Source: Promethearchaeia archaeon (lineage in GTDB: Archaea; Asgardarchaeota; Lokiarchaeia; Sigyniarchaeales; SOKP01). From it: DNA of 64,000 bases. The stretch covers positions 32,001-96,000 of the forward strand of contig JAHQWH010000015.1 of the NCBI GenBank assembly GCA_029856105.1. The letters run 5' to 3'. This document shows, in pieces, positions 1-9,433 of this stretch (its first letter is position 1; each line of letters opens with the position of its first letter). Both the position numbers and the translations under genes were made by a program. The notes under the pieces were generated by a model. The model searched no databases and was not told where the DNA came from. It saw nothing but the letters and a program-made list of their open reading frames with translations.

Positions 1-26
1 ATTTAAAAAAAAATGAGTAAACCAAA

Positions 27-1118
27 ATGGATATACCAGGAATTAAAATTTTAAGAAGTAAAGAATTCACAGATAAAATAATTAAATCAATAAATAGAAC
101 TGTAAAGGAAATAAAAAAACCAGTTAAGTTTATGCACGTGTGTGGCACTCACGAACACACTCTTTCGAAATATGGGCTAAGACCGTTGTTACCTAAAGAG
201 ATTGAGATCCTTTCCGGCCCGGGGTGCCCTGTCTGCGTATGCCCCGCTGCAGATATCGACAAGGCAATTGAGCTTGGGAAACGAGACGACACTATAATAA
301 CTACTTTTGGGGACATGATACGCGTCCCAGCTTCCAACCTTTCCTTAGCAGAATTAAAAGCAATGGGAGCGGATGTAAGAATCGTATATGGCCCTCACGA
401 TGCGGTCGAAATTGCGAGAGAGAATCCCGATAAAGAAGTAATTTTTTTTGCCATTGGTTTTGAAACTACAGCCCCCCTAGTCGGTTACGAAATAAAAAGC
501 GAACCCCCCTCTAATTTTTCGGTGATTTGCGCTCATAAGCTCATTCCCGCAGCGTTGGAACTATTAATAAGTCAATCACAACTAAGAATTGATGGTTTTA
601 TTTCGCCAGGGCATGTATCTACTATAATTGGTTTAAAACCATTTAAAATATTTTCAGACGCTTATAAAGTACCAAATGTAATCGCCGGATTTGAGCCTAA
701 CGATGTTTTGTTAGGTATTTTAATGCTACTCCAACAAATTAAGAACAAAAAGTTCGAAACTTTGAACGAATATTCGAGAGTAGTAAAACCAGAAGGAAAT
801 AAAATCGCTCAAAATGTTATCTCAGAGGTTTTTGAATCCGTTTCCTCCCCTTGGAGAGGGATTGGGAGAATTCTTGATGGGGGTTTAGCAATACGAGATA
901 AGTACGAAAAATTTGATGCTGATAAAAAATTCGATATTAAAATTGAAAAGTCGCAAGATATCCCACCGGGATGTTCGTGCCATTTAATAATGGTAGGTAA
1001 ACTATATCCAAACGAGTGCGAGCTCTTTGGCGAAGTGTGTACTCCACTCAATCCTATTGGCCCATGTATGGTTTCTCAAGAGGGTACATGTGCAATATTT
1101 TATAATTATCATAGATAG
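27..1118 (+). CDS. hypD: [NiFe]-hydrogenase maturation protein HypD
   Basis: Motifs MHVCGTH, GPGCPVC, GFETT, PGHVS and C-terminal PIGPCMVSQEGTC. Confidence 0.96.
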   Translation: MDIPGIKILRSKEFTDKIIKSINRTVKEIKKPVKFMHVCGTHEHTLSKYGLRPLLPKEIEILSGPGCPVCVCPAADIDKAIELGKRDDTIITTFGDMIRVPASNLSLAELKAMGADVRIVYGPHDAVEIARENPDKEVIFFAIGFETTAPLVGYEIKSEPPSNFSVICAHKLIPAALELLISQSQLRIDGFISPGHVSTIIGLKPFKIFSDAYKVPNVIAGFEPNDVLLGILMLLQQIKNKKFETLNEYSRVVKPEGNKIAQNVISEVFESVSSPWRGIGRILDGGLAIRDKYEKFDADKKFDIKIEKSQDIPPGCSCHLIMVGKLYPNECELFGEVCTPLNPIGPCMVSQEGTCAIFYNYHR

Positions 1119-1171
1119 CTTAGATTAAACCTAAAATTTAATGTAAAAGATAAAAACTACAAAATATTTCA

Positions 1172-3577
1172 TTGAACGATCAAAGAACTGTAGAAATTAA
1201 TATCACAGGTATAGTTCAAGGTGTAGGCTTCAGACCGTTTTTGTATAATCTAGCTCGATCCTTAAACCTAACTGGATTTATATTAAACCGAGGGAATGCG
1301 GGAGTTCGATTAGTTTTGCAAGGTTTATCTCAATTGATTGACCAATTTTTCGAAGAAGTTAATCTTAAAAAGCCAAAAATTTCATTTATTGAAAAAATTG
1401 AGTATAAGGATTTAGATCCCAAAATACACTATAATAACCTTGAAATAAGAAAGAGTGAGCAAGGACGAGGAATTAGTTTAACTCTTCCACCAGATATTGC
1501 AATTTGCGACGATTGTTTAATAGACATGAATAATCCCAAACTACCGAAGTATTACAACTATCCATTCATAGCGTGCGCCGTTTGCGGACCGAGATTTACA
1601 ACGGTTAAGGATTTACCATACGATAGAGAGCGAAGTACGATGGTAAATTTTCCTTTCTGTAATAAAGCAGAACCAGAATCTTGCATACAAGAATATTCGA
1701 ATTTTAATAATAAGAGATTTCACGCTCAAACATTTGCTTGTTCTGTTTGCGGTCCTAATTATCAGCTTTACGATAAAGGAAAAAACTCTATTAAAACAGA
1801 TTCGATTGACGAGATATTAAAGATAACTACAAAAAGGATAAAACAAGGAGAAGTTGCGGCAATCAAGGGAATAGGTGGAGTCCATTTAGTTTGCCTTGCT
1901 AACGACGATAAAATAATTCTAGAGCTACGCAGGAGGAAAGGGAAGAGAAAACATAAACCTTTTGCTTTAATGGTTCCAAATTTAGAAATTATTGAGGATT
2001 ACTTTAGCATTTCAGAAAGAGAAAGGGAACTTTTATCTTCTTTTCGCAGACCAATTGTGGTTTTAGAGAAAAATAAAAACTTTAATAAATCTGACATAAG
2101 CGAATTCGTGGCTCCCGGTTTAAACAACATCGGAATTATGCTTCCATATTCAGGTATTCATTATTTACTTTTTGACCATATTGGAAAACAGCCATTAATT
2201 TATACAAGTGGGAACAAATCGAATATTCCTATGGCACTTGAAAACGAAAAGATATTTGATCAACTCAACAATTTAGCCGATTTCTTTCTACTTCATAATA
2301 GACCCATATACCAACGAGCAGACGATAGTGTGCTAAGAGTTCATAACTACAAAGTGAAGCTGATTAGAAGGTCGCGAGGTTATGTACCAGAATATTTACC
2401 ATTACATTTTGAAGTTAAAATCCCAAGTGCTATAGCTACAGGTCCAGAATTAGCAGTGACAGGTGCTTTATTGCGAAGAAATCGAATTTTCCAGACTCAA
2501 CATATTGGAAATGTAACGCACCTTGAAACATACGATTTTTTAAAAAATGCGCTTTTTCATATGAAAAAATTGCTTCAGATAAAAGATTCTGAAATAAAAT
2601 TTATCGCTTGCGACGCTCATCCAGCTTTCGTTACGACTAAGCTAGCAAAGGAGCTATCTGAACTATTAAACGTCAATTTATACCGTATCCAACACCATTA
2701 CGCTCACGCTTTAAGTTTAATGGCGGAAAATAAAATTGCATTAGACGAAAAAATCGTTTGCATAAGCACAGATGGAGTTGGTTACGGCGAAGACGGGAAT
2801 GTTTGGGGGGGTGAAATCTTATTAAGTTCTTATCACGGTTATACACGTCTCGGTCATTTAGAAAATCAGCCTATGATTGGAGGAGACCGATGTACTAAAT
2901 ATCCCGCTAGAATGACGTCTTCCATCGTCCTTAACGCTCTCGGTGTTGAAAAATCAGTAGAAGTATTCAAACAGATTGCCTTAGAAAACGATTTGGAGCA
3001 TAAAAGCACGGAATTGAAAACGATTATTTCTCAATTTGAGCGCGCCGATTATCAATTTCCTAACGAAAATATCCCATTAACAAGTTCCACCGGTAGAATC
3101 TTTGACGCTATTTCATATATTCTAGGAGCTTCGAAATTAAAAAGTTATAGAGGTGAACCTGCTATGAGGCTAGAGGGTTTGGCGTCGAAAGGAAATCCAG
3201 ATAAGATTAAATTAGACATTAAGTATTCGAAGAAAAATGGAATTTATCTTATCAATACTTCAGATTTAATTTTAGACGTAATAAATTTACTAGAAATTAA
3301 AGATTCCAAAAGACAAGATATTGCCGCAAAATTTCAAGTAGAAATTGGATTAGCATTTGCGAAAGTTGCGATTAAAATTGCCAAAGAAAACGATATAGAA
3401 ATGATAGGATTAACTGGTGGCGTTGCTTATAACGATGCTTTTTCAAAGGCGATAAAAGAACGAATCATTAAAGGAGGATTTAGTTTCATTGAACACAATA
3501 TAGTGCCACCTGGGGACGCGGGAATAAGCGTAGGTCAATTAATTGGGGGAACCTTCAAGTATAATAAAAATATTTAA
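1172..3577 (+). CDS. hypF: Carbamoyltransferase HypF
   Basis: Acylphosphatase GIVQGVGFRPF, CxxC zinc fingers, KGIGG, QHHYAH, DGVGYG, GGVAYN, PPGDAG. Confidence 0.96.
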   Translation: MNDQRTVEINITGIVQGVGFRPFLYNLARSLNLTGFILNRGNAGVRLVLQGLSQLIDQFFEEVNLKKPKISFIEKIEYKDLDPKIHYNNLEIRKSEQGRGISLTLPPDIAICDDCLIDMNNPKLPKYYNYPFIACAVCGPRFTTVKDLPYDRERSTMVNFPFCNKAEPESCIQEYSNFNNKRFHAQTFACSVCGPNYQLYDKGKNSIKTDSIDEILKITTKRIKQGEVAAIKGIGGVHLVCLANDDKIILELRRRKGKRKHKPFALMVPNLEIIEDYFSISERERELLSSFRRPIVVLEKNKNFNKSDISEFVAPGLNNIGIMLPYSGIHYLLFDHIGKQPLIYTSGNKSNIPMALENEKIFDQLNNLADFFLLHNRPIYQRADDSVLRVHNYKVKLIRRSRGYVPEYLPLHFEVKIPSAIATGPELAVTGALLRRNRIFQTQHIGNVTHLETYDFLKNALFHMKKLLQIKDSEIKFIACDAHPAFVTTKLAKELSELLNVNLYRIQHHYAHALSLMAENKIALDEKIVCISTDGVGYGEDGNVWGGEILLSSYHGYTRLGHLENQPMIGGDRCTKYPARMTSSIVLNALGVEKSVEVFKQIALENDLEHKSTELKTIISQFERADYQFPNENIPLTSSTGRIFDAISYILGASKLKSYRGEPAMRLEGLASKGNPDKIKLDIKYSKKNGIYLINTSDLILDVINLLEIKDSKRQDIAAKFQVEIGLAFAKVAIKIAKENDIEMIGLTGGVAYNDAFSKAIKERIIKGGFSFIEHNIVPPGDAGISVGQLIGGTFKYNKNI

Positions 3578-3611
3578 TAATTATTAATAAATAAAAAAAA
3601 ATAAATTTAAA

Positions 3612-4691
3612 ATGATTGCCTCAAAAGAACATAAGGAAAATTTAATTGAGTTTGCTAAAAAATTAAAATATAAAGCTCAATCATTTCCTAAGGACGAGAA
3701 TGGAGAGCCTACCGAAAAGTATCTTGAATATTTAAGTTTAATGTATGATCCAGAAATAATTAAGATTATTCTCCATTTAGATGTTTTCCCAAAATCTATG
3801 TCATTATCAAAGCTTTCGAAAAAGATTGGTATGGAAAAAGCTGATATATCAGCCAAACTTGCAGAAATCTGTAAGAGAGGATTTCTAATAAAAATAGGTA
3901 ATTATTACTCTTTACCAACGCCATTGTTTATTTACGACATGCCTTTTATTATAAAAGAAAATTATTCCAGAGACGAGATTGTTAAGTTTGCTCAATTAAG
4001 TAGAGAGTTTTACACTAACGATAAGTATTATAAGACATGGGAAAATAAAAGGGATGGTACGCCTCGCATGCGAGTCTTAACTGTTAGCGAGCAAGTTGAA
4101 CCTGGGCACCAAATAATTCCTATTGAAGAGGTTTATAATATAATTGAAACCAATACGGATTTTGCTGTAATTCCGTGTCCTTGCCGAAAAAGAGCGGAAG
4201 TTGAAGGGATTAGAGAATGTAAGGATAAATATCCCATTCACAATTGTATTCTGCTAGGACCAAACGCTAAAGCAGTATTAGAAATGGGAGATCCAGACAT
4301 AAAAGCAGCTAATAAAGAGGAGATAATAACACTTACTGAAGAGGCTGCTCAAATTGGATTAGTTCACGCTACAGATAACGATGCAACTAATTGCAATATA
4401 CTCTGTGCGTGCTGCGAATGTTGTTGTGGAATGTTAAAAGGAATCACTCGATTTGACAACCCTAGGGCTATCGCCAAAGCAAATTATATCTCACTTATAG
4501 ACGAAGAAAAATGTACGGGTTGCGAGACATGTTTAGAACGATGCAAATTTAACGCGATTACTATAGATGGCGTTGCTCACATAGACAGGAACAAGTGTTT
4601 AGGCTGTGGACTATGTGCTGTTACTTGTCCCAGTAATGCAATAACTATGGTAAGATTTGAAAGAGAGAACATTCCTGGAACGATTTCTTAA
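3612..4691 (+). CDS. 4Fe-4S dicluster protein with N-terminal wHTH-like region
   Basis: CPCR, CACCECCC and two C-terminal CxxCxxCxxxC ferredoxin motifs. Confidence 0.8.
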   Translation: MIASKEHKENLIEFAKKLKYKAQSFPKDENGEPTEKYLEYLSLMYDPEIIKIILHLDVFPKSMSLSKLSKKIGMEKADISAKLAEICKRGFLIKIGNYYSLPTPLFIYDMPFIIKENYSRDEIVKFAQLSREFYTNDKYYKTWENKRDGTPRMRVLTVSEQVEPGHQIIPIEEVYNIIETNTDFAVIPCPCRKRAEVEGIRECKDKYPIHNCILLGPNAKAVLEMGDPDIKAANKEEIITLTEEAAQIGLVHATDNDATNCNILCACCECCCGMLKGITRFDNPRAIAKANYISLIDEEKCTGCETCLERCKFNAITIDGVAHIDRNKCLGCGLCAVTCPSNAITMVRFERENIPGTIS

Positions 4692-4813
4692 AAATGATTC
4701 TTAACTTCTTATCATCTTTTTAGGAAATAATACTTCAATATCAAATTATCGGATTAATAATTTTATTTAAAAATTTTAATCAGATTAAATATATTGTGGA
4801 TGTGATTTAAAAA

Positions 4814-6211
4814 ATGGGAGGATTATTCGGAGTTTTTTCAAATAAAGATTGTATTAATGATTTATTTTACGGAACAGATTATCATTCACATCTGGGAACT
4901 AAAAGAGGGGGTTTGGCTGTAAAAAACTCTGGTGGTTTTCAAAGGTTCATCAAGGATATCACGACGAGCCAATTTAGATCTAAGTTTGATAAGGATATCA
5001 AGAAAATGCATGGAAATAAAGGTATCGGAGTCATTAGTGACTACGAAGATCAACCTTTAATTATCAGTTCGCGCTTAGGTGTTTTTGCCATTTCAACAGT
5101 AGGTAAAATTAATAACATAGAAGAACTCGCAAGCGAAGCCTTACAAAATGGAACTCATTTCTCAGAAATGCATGGAGGAGAAATTAACCCTACAGAAATG
5201 GTAGCAACAATAATTAGCCAAGCTGCTACATTTGAAGAAGGTATTCAAAAGGTTCAAGCTATGATCTATGGTTCTTGTACCATTCTTATCTTAACTGATG
5301 AAGGTATATTCGCTGCGCGCGATTCGCTAGGTAGAACGCCTCTCGTTATAGGTGAAAAGCCCGGTTCTTATGCTGTTGCAATGGAAACTTGTGCGTTCCC
5401 AAACCTTGGTTATAAAATCACAAAATATCTAGGACCTGGAGAAATCGTTTTTCTAAGTGAAAAGGGTTTCGAACAAAAGGTTGCACCAGGTAATAGATTG
5501 CAGATTTGTGCTTTCTTATGGGTCTACTATGGATATCCTGCTTCCAATTATGAAGGGATAAATGTTGAATCTGTACGGTATAAATGTGGTGCTTATCTAC
5601 GGAGAGAGGATGAACTGGAGATTGATCTCATAGCAGGGATCCCAGATTCTGGTACAGCTCATGGATTAGGTTATGCTAACGAAGCACATCTTCCTTATGT
5701 ACGACCCTTTGTAAAGTATACGCCAACATGGCCTCGAAGTTTCATGCCTCAGGAACAATCCATTAGAGATACCGTCGCAAAGATGAAACTTATACCGATT
5801 GAAGAACTTATCACGGACAAGCGTCTTCTTTTTTGCGAGGACTCAATCGTGAGAGGCACGCAATTGAGAAGGCAAGTTGAGAGGTTGTTTGAATCGGGGG
5901 CAAAAGAAGTACACATGAGACCTGCTTGTCCTCCACTTGTTTACGGGTGTAAATTTTTAAACTTCTCTCGATCTAGTTCTGAATTAGATTTAGCAGGAAG
6001 ATGGGCCATTAAAGAATTAATTGGAAAGGATCTCGAAAATCCCGTAGAGTATACCAATCCTGAGTCTGATAATTATAAAGCAATGGTTAATGTTATACGC
6101 GAAAAGTTGCATTTAACGACATTAAAATATCAGAAGCTAGAAAACCTAGTTAAAGCTATTGGATTACCTAAAGAAAAACTGTGTACCTATTGTTGGGATG
6201 GCGTAGAATAG
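4814..6211 (+). CDS. Amidophosphoribosyltransferase-like protein lacking the N-terminal catalytic Cys
   Basis: PurF fold motifs (ARDSLG, IPDSG, EDSIVRGT, C-terminal CTYC) but begins MGGLFG. Confidence 0.85.
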   Translation: MGGLFGVFSNKDCINDLFYGTDYHSHLGTKRGGLAVKNSGGFQRFIKDITTSQFRSKFDKDIKKMHGNKGIGVISDYEDQPLIISSRLGVFAISTVGKINNIEELASEALQNGTHFSEMHGGEINPTEMVATIISQAATFEEGIQKVQAMIYGSCTILILTDEGIFAARDSLGRTPLVIGEKPGSYAVAMETCAFPNLGYKITKYLGPGEIVFLSEKGFEQKVAPGNRLQICAFLWVYYGYPASNYEGINVESVRYKCGAYLRREDELEIDLIAGIPDSGTAHGLGYANEAHLPYVRPFVKYTPTWPRSFMPQEQSIRDTVAKMKLIPIEELITDKRLLFCEDSIVRGTQLRRQVERLFESGAKEVHMRPACPPLVYGCKFLNFSRSSSELDLAGRWAIKELIGKDLENPVEYTNPESDNYKAMVNVIREKLHLTTLKYQKLENLVKAIGLPKEKLCTYCWDGVE

Positions 6212-6228
6212 TTATTTTTAAAAAAATA

Positions 6229-7755
6229 CTAACTTCTATCTGATGATATAGCTCTTTCCATTTCTATTATTTTATTTACAGATTTTAGTGGATATTCCCC
6301 CGTTAGACATGCCATACACAACTGGTTTTTACTTTTTCCGATCGCACTAACAAGATCATCAATAGTTTGATATCGTAGAGAATCAGCACCAATTTTCTTT
6401 CTAATCTCTTCGACATAGTTTTCCACTCCATAAAGATTTTTGAAGCGTCCTGCGATTAATTCTGAGGTTGTAGGAAAGTCAATACCCATGTAACATGGTC
6501 TTATTACAGGAGGACAACTAATTCTTACGTTAACAGAAATCGCACCAGCTTCTCTAATCAAGTTAATAATCTTTTTTGTAGTTGTTCCTCTTACGATCGA
6601 ATCATCTAGTATGATTACATTCTTACCATTGATAAAAGCTTTAATTGGGTTTAATTTTTCTTTTACAGCCGCTTCCCTATTTTTTTGTCCAGGCATTATG
6701 AAAGTGCGCCATCCCACATATCGATTCTTCATTAAGCCCTCTACATAAGGTAATTGCGCTTCTTGTGCGTAACCTACAGCAACACTTCTCCCCGAATCAG
6801 GTACTGGAACCACGATTGTGTTTTTTTTTAATTGAAGGTCATCCAATAAGGGATCATTTTTAGCCAAATTTATCCCTAATTGCAACCTTGTCTGAGCAAC
6901 GGAAACTCCATCAATAATTGAATCAGGGCGAGCAAAATATACGAATTCAAACTGACATAGAGCTGTTCTTTCACTTTTCAACACCATTTCTGAATGTATG
7001 CCTTTTTGATGGCTTAAATGAACGATCTCTCCGGGTTCTACATCTCTAATAAGTTTTCCACCTAAAACATCAATACCGCAAGATTCAGAGGAAACAATGT
7101 AATGGTGTCTTTCTTCAGTTTTTAATTCGCCTATACACAAGGGTTTAAATCCCAAAGGATCTCTAATAGCGTAAATATCTCCTTCAGTTGTTAATATTAA
7201 AAGCGAATAAGATCCGTCTAAAGAACTACTTGCAGTCTTCAGAATGTTGGGCCAACCTTCATTTCTTAAAGCAATAGATGCTATCAATTGAGCTATTACT
7301 TCAGTATCTGTATTTGTGATAAAAATTCTTCCTTTATCTTCTAAGCTTTGTTTTATTTCTGCATAATTAGGTATAGTTCCATTAAAGGCTAAGGAAAATT
7401 CGATTTCATTGCTTTTGAAGTGAAATGGTTGCATGTAATCAGGAGATTCAAAGTCTTGAGCTCCAGTTGTAGCGTACCTATTATGGCCAATTCCAACATT
7501 GCCCCAGAACTTGGACAAAACTTTATCGTTTAACACATTGGAAACTAATCCTTTTTTCTTATAAGTAAAAATTCCTCTACCCGTTTTAAGAATAGAAATC
7601 CCCGTGGATTCTTGACCGCGATGTTGCTGAGAAATTAAACCGCTATATAACAATTTAGAAACAGAGTAGGCAGTATCTTTGCAAGCTATACCAAAAACCG
7701 CACATTGTTCTAAAGGTTTATCTCTCTTAAGACTGGTTTTATGCTTTAGAGCCAT
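6229..7755 (-). CDS. purF: Amidophosphoribosyltransferase with propeptide
   Basis: Propeptide then CAVFG; QHRGQES, GHNRYAT, RDPLGFKPL, DDSIVRGTT, CMAC. Confidence 0.95.
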   Translation of the reverse strand: MALKHKTSLKRDKPLEQCAVFGIACKDTAYSVSKLLYSGLISQQHRGQESTGISILKTGRGIFTYKKKGLVSNVLNDKVLSKFWGNVGIGHNRYATTGAQDFESPDYMQPFHFKSNEIEFSLAFNGTIPNYAEIKQSLEDKGRIFITNTDTEVIAQLIASIALRNEGWPNILKTASSSLDGSYSLLILTTEGDIYAIRDPLGFKPLCIGELKTEERHHYIVSSESCGIDVLGGKLIRDVEPGEIVHLSHQKGIHSEMVLKSERTALCQFEFVYFARPDSIIDGVSVAQTRLQLGINLAKNDPLLDDLQLKKNTIVVPVPDSGRSVAVGYAQEAQLPYVEGLMKNRYVGWRTFIMPGQKNREAAVKEKLNPIKAFINGKNVIILDDSIVRGTTTKKIINLIREAGAISVNVRISCPPVIRPCYMGIDFPTTSELIAGRFKNLYGVENYVEEIRKKIGADSLRYQTIDDLVSAIGKSKNQLCMACLTGEYPLKSVNKIIEMERAISSDRS

Positions 7756-7881
7756 ATTATTACTTTAATGAAGAATAAGGTTTTTAAAATCTACAATAAC
7801 TACAACTAATTTAAATGATTTATAATTTTTAATAATTGGTTTAATACAATATAAACAAAGTTTAAAGAAAGTTGGTAAAAA

Positions 7882-8553
7882 ATTAACGATAAAGATAAAT
7901 ACCTTGCTTTTGTTATCTTAATTGGCGGAAAAAGCTCTCGGTTCGGTTCAGATAAAGGACTCTTTAAATTTCGAGGAAAGGCTTTAATTGATTACCAACT
8001 AGAAACCCTCTCTCGCTTTAAATACGATATTTTTCTCGTTGCTAATTCAAAGCAACAAGTCCAAAATTACATCACTAATATTGATTTTAAAAAGGTAACG
8101 GGTTTTATTATTGACGATTATGACTTTATTCAAGATCAAGAATCGCGATTACCTCTGATTGGATTATATTCTGCCTTTAAAGAATTAAAAAACTTAGAAT
8201 ATGAAAAGATGTTCGTTCTTCCATGTGACACCCCTCTAATTAAACATGAACTAATAGATTTATTAATAACACAATGTAAAAAATTTGATTGTTGTATTCC
8301 AAAATGGAAAGAGAGTTATTTAGAACCATTATTTGCTATTTATCACGTTAATAAAGCCTACGAAACCTCGTTAAGAAATTTGCGACAAAAAGATTATAAA
8401 TTGACGAATATTATCGACCAAGATTGGAAAACAAACTACATCTCAATTGAACAAGACGTTAAAAAATTAGATCCTAACCTTTTGTCCTTTAAAAATATTA
8501 ACAAACTTGAAGATATTAAAATATTAGAGTCTATCTTAAACAAAACTCAATAA
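7882..8553 (+). CDS. mobA: Molybdenum cofactor guanylyltransferase; longer than the 8209 ORF call, start codon uncertain
   Basis: Frame is open from 7879 and encodes VILIGGKSSRFGSDKG ... PLIGLYSA ... PCDTP ... EPLFAIY ... FKNIN; no in-frame ATG/GTG/TTG before 8209. Confidence 0.88.
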   Translation: MNDKDKYLAFVILIGGKSSRFGSDKGLFKFRGKALIDYQLETLSRFKYDIFLVANSKQQVQNYITNIDFKKVTGFIIDDYDFIQDQESRLPLIGLYSAFKELKNLEYEKMFVLPCDTPLIKHELIDLLITQCKKFDCCIPKWKESYLEPLFAIYHVNKAYETSLRNLRQKDYKLTNIIDQDWKTNYISIEQDVKKLDPNLLSFKNINKLEDIKILESILNKTQ

Positions 8554-8580
8554 AAAAAAAAGAGTAGATTTTATTATTTC

Positions 8581-9060
8581 TTAATCTCGTGGCATAATTG
8601 AACCGATTAGTCCTAAAACGCCTCCACCAACTAGGAAATAAGTTCCTAAACCTAAAGTGCCAATATCTACAAGAATTGGATAAAAACCTCCGAAATGCTC
8701 ACCTGTGGTGAGAAGCATAAAAACGAAGGTCATCATACCTAAGATCTCTGTGTAAACGAATAACAAGAACATTACTCCAATAGCCAGTGGAACAAGCGAA
8801 AAGATAAGGCCAACAATTTTAACTTTTAAACCAACCAATTGTAGTACTCCGGAAACAAGCCAAACTATAAAAAGAACCAACATAAAGTAGAAAGCTAATG
8901 CATCAGCGCCAGGATCCACTCCAATTATATCAGGAAGATTCATAGCGAATCCTATACCAGAGCCTACATAACCAGGGGCAACTAAGAAAACAGCAAATAC
9001 ATAAGTTCCCAAGATAGTTAGGAGCGCTCCTAATATTAGTAAAATTTTACCTACTGCCAA
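8581..9060 (-). CDS. Hypothetical membrane protein (about 4 TM)
   Basis: Hydrophobic Gly-rich helices. Confidence 0.75.
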   Translation of the reverse strand: MAVGKILLILGALLTILGTYVFAVFLVAPGYVGSGIGFAMNLPDIIGVDPGADALAFYFMLVLFIVWLVSGVLQLVGLKVKIVGLIFSLVPLAIGVMFLLFVYTEILGMMTFVFMLLTTGEHFGGFYPILVDIGTLGLGTYFLVGGGVLGLIGSIMPRD

Positions 9061-9433
9061 ATTTTATCACTAAAAGTTATTTTTTATTTTTTGTAAAAGA
9101 AGTTCGTTAATTTATATTTATATCTTTTCACTCTTAAAAAAATTTAGTATGTGAATGACTTTTTAGTCCAGTTTTTAAGTTTTTTATTAAATTCTATTTC
9201 CATTTATTTAAAATCATAGATGCATCCTAATTTTTGGCTTATGAATTCAAAATTCACATCTTATTTTTAATTAAAACGATCTTTTAATACCGATAATCCA
9301 ATTCTCATATTAACTTAAATTAAATAATAAATCTTTATAAAAATCATAGATTTTTAATACTAATATTACAATTTCAATTTATTTATCAATTTAAGATTAA
9401 TCAAAACTTAACTTATAACTTAGGAAATTTACG

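Noticed and set aside
9210-9352. Direct repeat AAAATCATAGAT upstream of fwdA
   Set aside because: A 12-bp AT-rich match in very AT-rich DNA; only two copies, plausible by chance
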